From Nemertoderma westbladi (taxonomy: Eukaryota; Animalia; Xenacoelomorpha): a stretch of DNA of 64,000 nucleotides. Positions within the stretch are counted from its first letter, which is position 1; each line of letters starts with the position of its first letter. Shown here one piece after another: positions 1 through 12,289 of this stretch. A model generated the notes under the pieces. That model ran no database searches. It saw nothing but the letters and a program-made list of their open reading frames with translations, and had not been told where the DNA came from. The stretch is from NCBI GenBank assembly GCA_032718475.1, contig JAUCBJ010008915.1, positions 43,287-107,286 of the forward strand. The letters are read 5' to 3'. A program made the translations under genes and the position numbers.

Positions 1-814
1 AGGTATACAACATACAACAATTATTTCATAACATTTAACTTTAGCAGTTATAGGCCTACTCTACCGTAACTATACTACTGCTGTACTGTAATACAAGTAT
101 TCGGTTCAGTAATAAATCAGTGTAACATTACGCGCCTTTATTTTTGAATCAAACAGTATGGCCCTACCGGTAGCTCGTATATATTAACTTCACCGGTTGC
201 CTGTAGGTCCCCCTCCACTTTTCACTCTCAGCCATTTCACACGAACAGCACCCTCTCCATCTTTTTGGGCTCTATCTTAGTCGTACGGTAACAAACTTAA
301 CTTTTTTAGTTGTTTGCAGGCTTACCGGTTCTTTCCTGCTGCAGTTGCAGTTAAGTCATTCAGTGGTTTGACTGTATCCCTGGTTGGTTTCCTGTTGTGC
401 TAGTGTGCATTGATCAGGCCAAAACTCTCATTAAAACCATACTGCTGTATCAAAACTGTAATTTAACACTATGTCCCCCCTTGCCATAACCGCAAAGGCG
501 CAAACCCTATGTCATGAGGCCCTAATATAATAGGCCTAGACTATACATTATTGTTGAATAGGTTAGGAACTACTGCAGTACTGTATGAGAGACTACCCTA
601 GTAACCTAATGTAGTCCATGAGACCACCATATGCTATACCAGCATGCTGCATCAGTCATACTCAATTACATTTGGAGTTAGGCACCTTTGTTACTAATTA
701 CTGAATTAGGCCTATTCGGAGTCGGAGATCATTTCGGTTGCCGTGCAGAGGTATCTGCCTGTTATTCCTGGTATTATTAGAATTTGGTTTGATTTAGGAT
801 TCTGTTTTCGCGAC

Positions 815-1450
815 ATGGATATGGAATGTACCACAACCTCTGCCGATACAAACAAGTGTTTGCATCTTTGCGATACGGCGAATCTACGTATTAGTGAGAA
901 CAATGAGCGGGGCGCCGAGACCAGCGCCGTTTCATCGAGTCAGGGAGAGTTGACCCACAATGGAGCCACCGGAGATTATCTGAAACCGTTCGAAATCGCT
1001 CCCAACCCATTCGATCTGGACCTACAAGATGAATCGTCTAGCGATGATTCCGCCCAATTCGACATCGTTATAGGTCATATCGAGGATATTGTGTTAGAAC
1101 CATCTTTCAATGAACTCAAGTACAAATTTATCGATAAATATTACGCAGAATTTGACGATTCGGAAGAAAACAAATTTATTTACACTGACATATTTAAAGA
1201 ATACCAAGAATTGTTTGAGAATTACATAGAAAACCAACTGAGGTTAAGAATCCCGGGATTTTCTATGGAGGAATTTTCCAAGGAGATACAACTCCGGAAA
1301 AGTGAACTGGATGGAGAGATATTCGAAATCTTGTATTCTTTATCTGACTTTATTGTTTTCAAAGAATTAATGTTAGATTACAAAGCAGATAAAGAAGGTA
1401 GTTGTGTTGACTTGAGTTTTGCTCTCACAGTTACATCATTGCAACGCTAA
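815..1450 (+). CDS. ARL2BP: ADP-ribosylation factor-like 2 binding protein (BART), intronless CDS
   Basis: The ORF contains BART-domain sequence FDIVIGHIEDIV...FIDKYYAEFDDSEENKFIYTDIFKEY...FEILYSLSDFIVFKELMLDYK. The first in-frame ATG is at 815 (the track's start at 743 is GTG). Confidence 0.9.
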   Translation: MDMECTTTSADTNKCLHLCDTANLRISENNERGAETSAVSSSQGELTHNGATGDYLKPFEIAPNPFDLDLQDESSSDDSAQFDIVIGHIEDIVLEPSFNELKYKFIDKYYAEFDDSEENKFIYTDIFKEYQELFENYIENQLRLRIPGFSMEEFSKEIQLRKSELDGEIFEILYSLSDFIVFKELMLDYKADKEGSCVDLSFALTVTSLQR

Positions 1451-2782
1451 CGGCTAATGGTTACTGCTACCTTTATTCTGTTATTGTTCATTCCATAATT
1501 TTGTTTTTTGCTACAACAGTAACCTATGATTGACAGTATTCTCAGTTCGTAATATAGTTACGTTTTCAGTGTTGTAACTTAATCAATATTGTATACAAAG
1601 CATGTTGTATGTCGGATGTGTGTGTGTGTGTGTGTATTAGACGAGTCAATCTAGCAAAAAAAAAACCATAAGTATTTCGCAATTATTCCGAACCACATAT
1701 TTTGGATTCTATATTACCTTTTTAATAAAAAAAAGTGTGTAAAATGTTATTTTTCACATAGATTTCATATAGATTTTTACAAAGATTGTCCACATAATAA
1801 AATTGTGATTGCTCTATTGATTTTAAGTGTAATTTATTTAATTGTTTTAGTGTAAAAACCACAGAAGTTTATAATATAACAAATTAATTCTTTGGGGATA
1901 GTTATACATCGACCCGTTTAGTAGTGAAGTTGTGTTAATAAGCTCTCTGTATTGTACCAGCAAAGTTGGTATTAAAAATGGTTTAATTATTAGACAAATT
2001 TCCGTTGCTCTGGAAACTAAATTGGTAACTATCTAGAAGTGCATACTTCTGTAAATCGATAGTCATTAGAGTAAAGTTTGTCTGTACCAAATTTGGAGAA
2101 AATCCCACCAATAGACCCCTTGTTGCTAAGTAAAATCCATGTTGCTAAGGAAAGAAACAGGAAATTGAAAGTGATCCGCATAATATATTTTTGTAGAATT
2201 TTTAGGGGTATTAACAAGGTAATGTAGAATAATAAATAGTTGGTTTGGATGAATGTTGACCCCCTTTTTTGGTTAGATTGACTCGACTAATGATGTATGT
2301 GATATTGAATTGCCAGCGTGTTTGTCTATTAATACAATATTTACAGGTCGTCACTTTCCGTTATTTAATAAAGAGTTTTTATAAGTTTGTCTGAGATTAC
2401 AGTGATCTCTGTTTAATTAGGCTTCGGTGCCTATTTATTATATATTCTCGAACTTGTACCGGTAGTCAAGGCAGGATGGCATAACGAAACAATTTTAATT
2501 TTATTTAGTTTCATTTTGTCAAGTCCTGATCAAATTCTCGTTTCGTTTCCTACTTTTTTAATTATTTACATTATCGTGTGTAAAATATAACTTTTCATCG
2601 ATATGACCCGCGTGTATTTATATATCGGAGGTTTACATACACAATGTCCTGGAATATAGTGTCGTTATTCAGGTACCTGTCCCCGTTGGCCCCCAATTCA
2701 GCCAGAATTGCTTTCAATCTTTTGCTACAATCGTTTGATATCGACATCTATGCGAGGTTATTTTATTCCTTTTAATAAATAC

Positions 2783-3483
2783 TAGGGATGTTGCGAATGT
2801 CATATTTTTAACATCCGCGGATGCGGATGCGGATGTCTATTAAAACATATATATTTTTGCCTGGCCTCCCTTTTACATCGAGGTTATACCAGCATTTTAA
2901 TATTATATTCTAATCTTATATTAATAAACTAACAAGAGTCTAAGGTTATAGAACAGAATGGGACATAATATAACAAAACAATAATACAACAAACATTTTT
3001 TATATTGTTCCCGTGTATTAGTGTATAACCTGTATGGCCTACAGCTTACGCAGTATTGCATTGCAACATTGTACCGATTCATGGGCATAGGCTGCCCAGT
3101 AATGCGTCGTAGGTCATGTGAGTGGTCGTTGGGTCCTGGTCCTGGCCTTCGTCATGAGGTTTTGGGACATTTGGTCCTGGCATAATACAGTACAGTAGTT
3201 TATTTTGCATCTGGCCAAGTTGATATAAGAAATAATTTTGATATTTAATACTTTGATAATTTTAAGATAAAATAAAAAAAATTTCATAAGGGAAAAAGTA
3301 ATTATTATTGAAAATTTAATTCAGTGGTTGCTGGACCTTCAGACAGGATGCTTGAATAGTGCAGGTAACATCCGCATGTTACATCCGCATGGCATGGGTG
3401 CGGATGCGGATGCGAAAAATCATGCGGATATCCGCGGATGCGGATATCCGCGGATGCGGATGCGGACATTCGCCACATCCCTA
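2783..3483. mobile_element. hAT-type MITE
   Basis: Terminal inverted repeats TAGGGATGTTGCGAATGT / ACATTCGCCACATCCCTA, a perfect 8-bp target-site duplication ATAAATAC (2775-2782, 3484-3491), and subterminal (GCGGAT)n repeats. Confidence 0.85.
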
Positions 3484-3591
3484 ATAAATACAGCATATTC
3501 TGGAACATTTGTTTATATCATGAGTAGCTGGGGAAAATACATTACATCTGTTTAATCGTATTTACGTAGCTATTAAAATGTATTCATATAT

Positions 3592-4100
3592 TATTAGCAA
3601 GTCGTTAGACTTGATTACTGTAAGAAAAAACGGCTACTGGCTACTGACTACTGGCTACTGACTACTGACCTAGAGCAAAAACTGCTCTAACGATTTCGAT
3701 GAAATTTTGCATGAACCATGAAAATGGATTTCTAAGGGTACTTGTGAAATCGCGGTTTAAATTGAAACATCTCAACTTGTTTTATTTCGACAAATAGCCC
3801 CTAAACACGAAAATTGCCATAGGCGCAATGATAAAAACACCAGCTGGCACTCATGAAAAATGTATAGAGATGGCCAGGTAGGTGTAAAACGCGGATCCGG
3901 ATACGGATTCCAAAATTATCAATTAAGGGAAAGGAGCACGTTACAGTGGCACGTAATTTTAACCAAAACAATAAACTAAAGTCAATGGAACAGGTTATAG
4001 TTTTATTTTTGGGAGTTATAAAAATGTAAAAAAAAATCGACTTCCGTAGGGACAACGTTTCCTTTTTTCTCTAGTCTCTCGACTCTATTAACCTGGCTTG
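3592..4100. mobile_element. Non-autonomous dispersed repeat, DINE-1/Helentron-like layout
   Basis: Short hairpin CAAGTC-GTTA-GACTTG followed by a (G/A)CTACTG microsatellite. Internal segments recur at 27580, 39370, 41900, 48070 and 54720. Boundaries are approximate. Confidence 0.4.
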
Positions 4101-5242
4101 AGCACGGCAGGTAAAATACATCTGGAATAGTTATAATAAGTTATACACTTTTCCCATGTAATAAATAGTTAATTTTTAATATAACGAAACCAAACAAATT
4201 ACGAAACTAAACATTTCGTTTCATTGAGTCATTTTAATGAATTGTTTATTTATTTCCGCGTAAAGTTTTTTTCGTTACGTTCTTGTTTTCGTTTGGTTAT
4301 AATTGCATTCCTGCTTGTGCGTGAAATACACTGAGTGATATTCACAGTTTGCAGTAAATGGGTATTGTGTTGCCAGGAAAAGAAATATAAATTTCGTAAT
4401 CACTTAATTTGCTGTGAATATTAGTGGCAGACGTTCACGGCAATTACTTAATTAAGAATTATTATTAAGTTTTTGTTGTGAAAACGAATTAAAGGATCAC
4501 AATCGTAATATTTGACCACCACCATATATGGGCTAGGCTCTTATGGTGGATTACTTGTGGCCTCGATAATAGCGGGATACAGGATAGTTGATGGTGCAGC
4601 CAAGTAAGTCTATCATATAGTCAATACAATATCAGATATTATTAGCCTAGCTGATTTTAACGTCGTGTTATTAACTCCGAGAACTTTTTGGTATCACGAA
4701 GTTACTTTTAAATTTGTAATGTTTGAAACCCCGAGGTCTTGTACATCTCAAGTGGAACTCCATGGTTGTGATGTTCATCTGCTTTTATCATTTAATTTAC
4801 TACGGCCGTAACCCGCAACCTCTGCAAAATCACCAATAAGAATACCAGAGGGGACCGGTACCATAACCTACACAGAGTCGCGCAGCACGCACTAATTACT
4901 GGATAGTAATTACCGTAGTTTCTTTCTGTGGCAGTTGGACAACAACTCTTTCATGCAGAGAGCAGGTTTACTTCATGCCATTGTACACATTGCGCTGCTC
5001 ATTGTAGATCGATGTAGAAAGACAATTAGGATACCCTAATTATATTTACGCGAACGACAATAAATTAATCCTAGTCTTATTTAAAGTGTTTATTGTTAGA
5101 TTTGGCTCCTTGTAACATGTAAACTGGTGGAGGGTCTTAAATTGACGTAAAATAAAACAATTTAAGCAAAATCTCTTTAGTTACTGAATTAGTAAGTGGT
5201 AAATAATACATTTACAAGAAACACAATATTTTACTGTTCAAA

Positions 5243-7756
5243 TTATTGTAAAATTGGTGCAATTCTACTTTTTCTCATCTTAGCAAACTTTTTTTCGAAC
5301 ACAACTTTCTCCTGAAATGGGTCATACGGGAAACATTCGGACTTGGATATCAAAACGCCGCGTTCCCCCTCTCTCGTTTTCTCTGTGTCGTTTGGTGTGC
5401 GATATTCTTCCTTCATCGACTTGCAACTATCTCCTCCCTTTGTCTTGCGATTCTTTGAATGAATTGGACTCTCTTTATGTGCCGATGTTGGACTCTTTGG
5501 AGTGTCCCTGCTCCTCAAACTCGGCTTGCCATGTGTCCCGTCCATAGGAAGATCTTTCAGAACGTTGGGGAAAAGACTTTTCGGGGCACCAAATTTATCA
5601 TCTTTTCCTATGCATTTTCTCACACCCTCCTGCAGGATATGCATATCCTTAGGAGATACTTTGTCTAAAGACAGATGACCATTCACAAATTGCTTCACCA
5701 AGTCCATGCACCTATTCTCTATTGTCACTACCCACGGTTGTCCACTAACTGAAGTCTGGGCTGTTGCATCTCTAGTTCTCACCTTCTGGCATCGCACGCA
5801 GCATATGCGCTGGAGACTGGCGTTATCTCTCTTGAGCCAAGCCTCATTTCGTCTCGCCCAACCCGGTAAACTGGCGGGAGTTTGTTTCACGGAATACGGC
5901 AGGCCATCCGACGCAGACCCATTCATCTTCCGCAAATGCGATATAGCACGCGGTGATTCACTGAGAACAGCACCTTCTTCTGATAATCTTACATGATCAT
6001 TCGTTTGTCGATCATATTCGCGAGATTTCCCATAACAAGTCTGAGATTGGTCTCCGACATTTCTCTCTAATCTTTCAATTCTCCTCTTCATTTTTGCATT
6101 TGTAGCGCGAAGTTGCTCGTTAATAATCCGTTCCGTCAAATGACGACTTAACAACTTGCCAGCCATCACATGTATGTCTCCGACCTCAATGGCCCCGGGG
6201 GTGTCTGGTGAACACTCATACTCACTGAGATCGAGAGGGTTTATTTGATATTCTTTGTCCAGCGGCGGTGATTCTTTGTCCAGTAGAGGCTGGACGATTT
6301 CCACGATGTTTCCGCAATTGGAGTTGGCCTTGCTCTTCCATTCCGCTAACTGAAGGCTCTGAATTTCTATCTTCTCTTTAAACTCAAGATTTTGCAACGT
6401 TAGACTTCGATTGCGTTGTTGGAAGTCACTCTGAATGAAACTTAGAGCTTTTAAAGCCAAGTGCTGTTGAAGTGAATCGTTTTCCAAATCGCATTTCATG
6501 CGCTTCATAATTTTTTCAATATCGCGAACTCTCACAGGGACTTTTTGAAGGTGCGCCTCGTTTGTATACTGTAGGATTTTCTCCGCAGCTTTGGTCCACA
6601 TATTCTCCTGTTCAGCTAAAATACCCAGAGAAGCATCATCGTGGAGTTTTGCAATCTCGGCGACACTCCCTCTTATCTCGGTAAACAACTTTTCTCTCTG
6701 CCCTACGCCTGTCGCTTCATGTTTACCTTCATCGGACGTGGCGTCGGATGACTTCATTTTCCTGAGACCACGCTTGAGTTTTATTAAAGCTTCCCGCACC
6801 TTTTCTTCAATGTAACCAACTCTGACATTGTCTTCTTTCAGTCCCTCCAGTTGCTCTAAGCCCCTTTCCTCTTTGTCTCTAAACCAGTCATGGAGGGACG
6901 TTATTAGTTTTTCCTCCTGTATGTGTCTGCGTTGAAGTTCTGTTGCTTGGTTCCAATACTTAACCATAATAGCCTCTATCGATGACGACAGGCCCTGATC
7001 TTCAGTGCTTTCTCCTTCGACTCCTAGATCGCAAAAATAGCTCTTGATACCATCTGATTTTTTAGACAAATCCCTATGAAAAAAAACAACCTAGTAAGAA
7101 GGGAAAAAATAGCAAGGGGGAACTTTTACATTAATAATAATTTATTGTGTTGTAATTGCACTTTTTTGAATTGAAATTATTCTCTATTGCAGTAACCGCA
7201 TTTAGCAAATAAATAAATTATTGACCATCAATTTTACTCACCTTGAAATCCTATCCAATTCGGCGATGACATCATCCATGGAATTGATTTTAATATCAAC
7301 GACGACTTCCACATTATTTTCAGGTGGACCGGATTTTTTTTCAGTTTCCTTACTGACCAAAAATAAATCAAACGCAGTTTCTTCAGCAATAGACCTCATA
7401 CTTGCACTTGGCATGGTAACTTTACTGCAACCACTGGTCACTTTGGCCCTATGTATGGACGTGGATTTAACATGAATCGTTGAACTTTCCTTGCTGCTGT
7501 ATGTGTTTGACCAAGAACCTTGACTGCTGACAATCTGTGAACTTTCTATTGACATATCTTTGGAGCTCGGTACCATAGACCTACTTTGTGATTGTATTAG
7601 CGAAACAGATCGACCTTTCTTGGGAGATGCACTGCCGATATCCGAGGGTGTTTTATCTTTCGTGATTGAAACTGTAACATTGCGACGGGATTCCACACTA
7701 CGTCGACTGTGTATGGAGGGAGTGTGAGAGTTACTGGAATCACTGTTACACATCAT
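5243..7756 (-). CDS. Uncharacterised ~781-aa protein (Ser-rich N-terminus, coiled-coil middle), two exons 7756-7242 and 7073-5243
   Basis: The 172-aa and 608-aa ORFs join in frame (phase 2) across intron 7241-7074, which has a GTGAGT donor and a T-rich TTTCATAG acceptor on the minus strand. Confidence 0.75.
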
Positions 7757-7889
7757 CTTAGTATTTTGATCGAAGGTTTACAAATTTACAATCCAGTAGT
7801 TAATAGTTATTTGTGATCTAATCATTTACCACCACCAATTCAAGGTCTGTAAATAAATAAAGCGGACCCTCTCACACTGAGTAACATTT

Positions 7890-10092
7890 GTCGTGTCTGC
7901 CACTTGCGTCTGCAACCTGTGTCCACAACTTGTGTCCACAACTTATGTCTGCACCTTGTATACACAACTTGTATCTGCAACTTGTGTCCACAACTTGTGT
8001 CTGCAACTTGTATCCACAACTTGTGTCTGCAACTTGTGTCCACAACTTGTGTCTGCAACTTGTATCCACAACTTGTGTCCACAACTTATGTCTGCACCTT
8101 GTATACACAACTTGTATCTGCAACTTGTGTCCACAACTTGTGTCTGCAACTTGTATCCACAACTTGTGTCTGCAACGTGTGTCCACAACTTGTGTCTGCA
8201 ACTTGTGTCCCCAACTTGTCTCTGCAACTTGTGTCCACCACTTGTGTCTACAACTAGTATCCACAACTTGTGTCTGCAACCTGTGTCCACAACTTGTGTC
8301 CACAACTTGTGTCTGCAACTTGTATCCACAACTTGTGTCTGCAACCTGAGTCCACAACTTGTGTCCACAACTTGTGTCTACAACTAGTATCCACAACTTG
8401 TGTCTGCAACCTGAGTCCACAACTTGTGTCCACAACTTGTGTCCACAACTTGTGTCCACAACTTGTGTCTACAACTAGTATCCACAACTTGTGTCTGCAA
8501 CTTGTATCCACAACTTGTGTCTGCAACTTGTATCCACAACTTGTGTCCACAACTTGTGTCTGCAACTTGTGTCCCCAACTTGTGTCTGCAAACTGTGTCC
8601 ACAATTACAACTTATTTCTGCAACTTGTGTCCACAACTTGTGTCAGCAACCTGTGTACACAATTACAACTTGTGTCTGCAACCTGTGTCCACAACTTGTG
8701 TCTGCAACCTGTGTCCACAACTACAATTTGTGTCTGAAACTTGTGCCTACAACCTGTGTCCACAACTTGTGTCCATAACTTCTGTCCACAATTTGTGTCT
8801 GAAACTTGTGCCTGCAACCTGTGTCCACAACTTGTATCCACAACTTGTGTCTGCAACCTGTGTCCACAACTACAATTTGTGTCTGCAACTTGTGCCTGCA
8901 ACCTGTGTCCACAACTTGTGTCCACAAATTATGTCCACAGCTTGTGTCAACAACTTGTGTCTGCAACCTGTGCCTGCAACCTGTGTCCACAACTACAATT
9001 TGTGTCTGCAACTTGTGCCTACAACCTGTGTCCACAACTTGTGTCCATAACTTCTGTCCACAATTTGTGTCTGAAACTTGTGCCTGCAACCTGTGTCCAC
9101 AACTTGTATCCACAACTTGTGTCTGCAACCTGTGTCCACAACTACAATTTGTGTCTGCAACTTGTGCCTGCAACCTGTGTCCACAACTTGTGTCCACAAA
9201 TTATGTCCACAGCTTGTGTCAACAACTTGTGTCTGCAACCTGTGCCTGCAACCTGTGTCCACAACTACAATTTGTGTCTGCAACTTGTGCCTGCAACCTG
9301 TGTCCACAACTTGTGTCCACAAATTATGTCCACAACTTGTGTCAACAACTTGTGTCTGCAACCTGTGCCTGCAACCTGTGTCCACAACTACAACTTGTGT
9401 CTTCAACTTGTGCCTGCAACCTGTGTCTACAACTACAACTTGTGTCTGCAACTTGTGTCCACAACTTGTGTCTGCAACCTGTGTCCACAACTACAACTTG
9501 TGTCTGCAGCCTGTGTCAACAACTTGTGTCCACAACTTGTGTCTGCAACTTGTGTCCACAACTTGTATCTGCAACCTGTGTCCACAACTACAATTTGTGT
9601 CTTTAACTTGTGCCTCCAACCTCTGTCCACAACTCGTGTCTGCAACTTGTGCCTGCAACCTGTGTCCACAACTACAACTTGTGTCTGCAACCTGTGTCCA
9701 CAACTTCTGTCTGCAACCTGTGTCCACAACTACAATTGGTGCAAGTTGTGGATACAAGTTGTGGACACAGGGTGTCCACAACTTGTGCCCACAACTTCTG
9801 TCGACAACTTGTGTCTGCAACTTGTGCCTGTTACCTATGTCCACAACTTATGTCGACAACTTGTGTCTGCAACTTGTGCCTGTTACCTATGTCCACAACT
9901 ACAACTTGTGTCTGCAACCTATGTCCACAACTACAACTTGTGTCTGCAACTTGTGCCTCAACCTGTGTCCAAAACTACAACTTGTGCCTGCAACCTCTGT
10001 CCACAACTTGTGTCCGCAACTTGCGTCTGCAACCTGTGTCCACAACTATAATTTGTGTCTGCAACTTGTGCCTGCAACCTGTGTCCACAACT
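7890..10092. repeat. Satellite of 13-bp units (ACAACTTGTGTCC / GCAACTTGTGTCT) with higher-order structure
   Basis: Tandem units are directly visible. There is a 272-bp higher-order duplication (ORF starts 8806 vs 9078) and a short inverted patch near 9739-9772. Confidence 0.95.
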
Positions 10093-10772
10093 TTTTAATG
10101 GCTGTAGCAACTTTTCAAAAATGTTGCAGCATGAGCTGTCGGACTTCCAAATACACAGAAACTTTCATCAAACTTTTGTTGCGAAATGTTGCTGAGATAG
10201 TCCAGCAACTTATCGCTGACCCCCTCACACTAGGCACTTTTTGTACCTCACACAGGAACAAGTTGCATCAACAAAAACTTAATCCGTGTGAGGGGGGGGG
10301 GGGGGGGGGGGTGCTAAGTTATTCTTCGAAATATTTGGTATTGTTCTTGACCTATGGTACTTTTGTAGGCCTACATTGTACATTACTCTGGATTGTATTA
10401 GTTTCCATAGTACTACAGTACCGACACGTGTAGCACTAGTGAACTAAGGCTATCACATAGTAGGTATTTCAAGACAGGCCCGTGGTATGGTCTCCTCTTT
10501 GGAAATTAGTCATTGACTAAAAAACCCGATTGATGCAAAAAAAATTGAGCACCATACTGATTGTGGTGCTTAAAATTAATTCAGACACGATTCCATTTCA
10601 ATATACATGTAAGATATACAAAATGTTCTAAAGTGTTCTTGATGTTAGCTAGTGTTTTTTTCAAGGGTAGCTATAGTGTTTTTGAAAAAAATTACAGATT
10701 AAAAAAATAAACTTTAATGTGTGTTTTGTTATTGATTAATGTTAAGCAACATTGGTAGATATTCATTTTTAT

Positions 10773-11233
10773 GGAACAGTTCCGTATGCAGTCGCATTTT
10801 CTAAAAAAAATTTATGGAATATATTGGCATAGGCCTATATTATGACTAATTTAGAATTAAATTACCATCATTGACTTCTTCACAACATTTAAAAAAAATA
10901 TTGCGCTCTAGAACACAATATTAGCTAATTTCAGAACATTAGCTACCGCTAATAAAAAATCAAGGTACTGTATTTTTTTTATTTTTTTTTTATTTTTGTT
11001 AACAGTTCCATATAGCACAACATTTGTATAACATAAATCATTGTAACCATGGCAACAGAGTAGAGTTCTAGAACAAAATATAATTATTAAAACACTATTC
11101 TAGAATATAAATAAAATAAAAAATATAATGTTCTAGAACGCAAAAAAATGTGGTGATATTACTATGCAAAAAGTACATAATTTCATTAATGAATATGAAA
11201 ATTTCAATTGCGACTGCATACGGAACTCTAGCC
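10773..11233. mobile_element. MITE with 9-bp TSD (Mutator/MULE-like)
   Basis: Inverted repeats AGTTCCGTATGCAGTCGCA / TGCGACTGCATACGGAACT, GG...CC termini, and flanking direct repeat CATTTTTAT at 10764-10772 and 11234-11242. Confidence 0.75.
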
Positions 11234-12289
11234 CATTTTTATGTTAGTTAGTTGTTAAAGATACTTCTTTTCACGAACTGTCAGAATTAACAAGAAAGAA
11301 ACATCCTGTTTATCCAATATGAAATGTAATTAATTACTCCATTACTCCAATTACTACTGTTGTTTGGCTTTGCATTATCAATTTTATTCTAGAATTATAT
11401 ATTTTTGTTGCTATGGTTACTTACATAAATAAATTAAATTTCAATTTATTTAAATTTCAATTTAATTTCTTATTCTAATGCTTATTTATTTCATATTTCT
11501 TATTCTTATTGACAAATATATTGGATTAAATTACATTTTTAATTTTTTTACAAGCTAATAAAAAGTACTAGCTAAAACAAAATCGAAATTACTGGCTACC
11601 ATATTACTGTCAGATGGACAAAAATATTTGTTCTAGAACGAAAAACCCCAAGATATAAACCGATAATCACTAATAATTTTAATCATTTTTTTTTTAATTT
11701 AGGCATAGATACTATACTAATGACCTCAATTACTCCACAGAAAAATATTAAATAACTATCTTTTAATAACTAGCTATGTAAATCACTAGCTATACCATAA
11801 AAGATAAACCGGTAGCCATGTTTCAAAACAATAATTCTATCAAAATACAAATTTATTGTTTTTGAAAAACACTAGCTACTGTAGTAGCTATTATAAAAAA
11901 AACTAGCTACCGGTACAATATAAAAATTATTAGATTCACAAAATTGTATGCCTTAATAACATACATTGTATCGAAAAAGTAACAATTTTAACATTTTAAC
12001 AATAGGTAACAACTTAAGCCATAGCATAAGACGTTGTGTATATTTTATGTGAGTTTTTACTTGTAATTTTAAATCGATGATTTTATTGTTCAATCGCTGC
12101 TATGACTGTGATGTCTCCGCGATATCCTAATAATATAATATAATATAATATAATATATATAATCTAAGAATCAAGAGTAATCTATTGACTTTTTGGGCTT
12201 CACTCACTCGACAAACTTACAGCAGCTTCATGTTTATACAAAATTTAGCTAAACAAGTAGGTCTACAAGTAGGTAGCAGCAGCGTGAGG

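Noticed and set aside
10292-10310. Long G/C homopolymers (also 21334, 31829, 36267, 39300, 44154, 54875)
   Set aside because: Mostly inside or next to repeats, lengths are unreliable in assemblies, and no function can be supported.
7840-10433. Many overlapping Cys/Thr/Val-rich ORFs
   Set aside because: They are by-products of a stop-poor 13-bp satellite, open in several frames on both strands.
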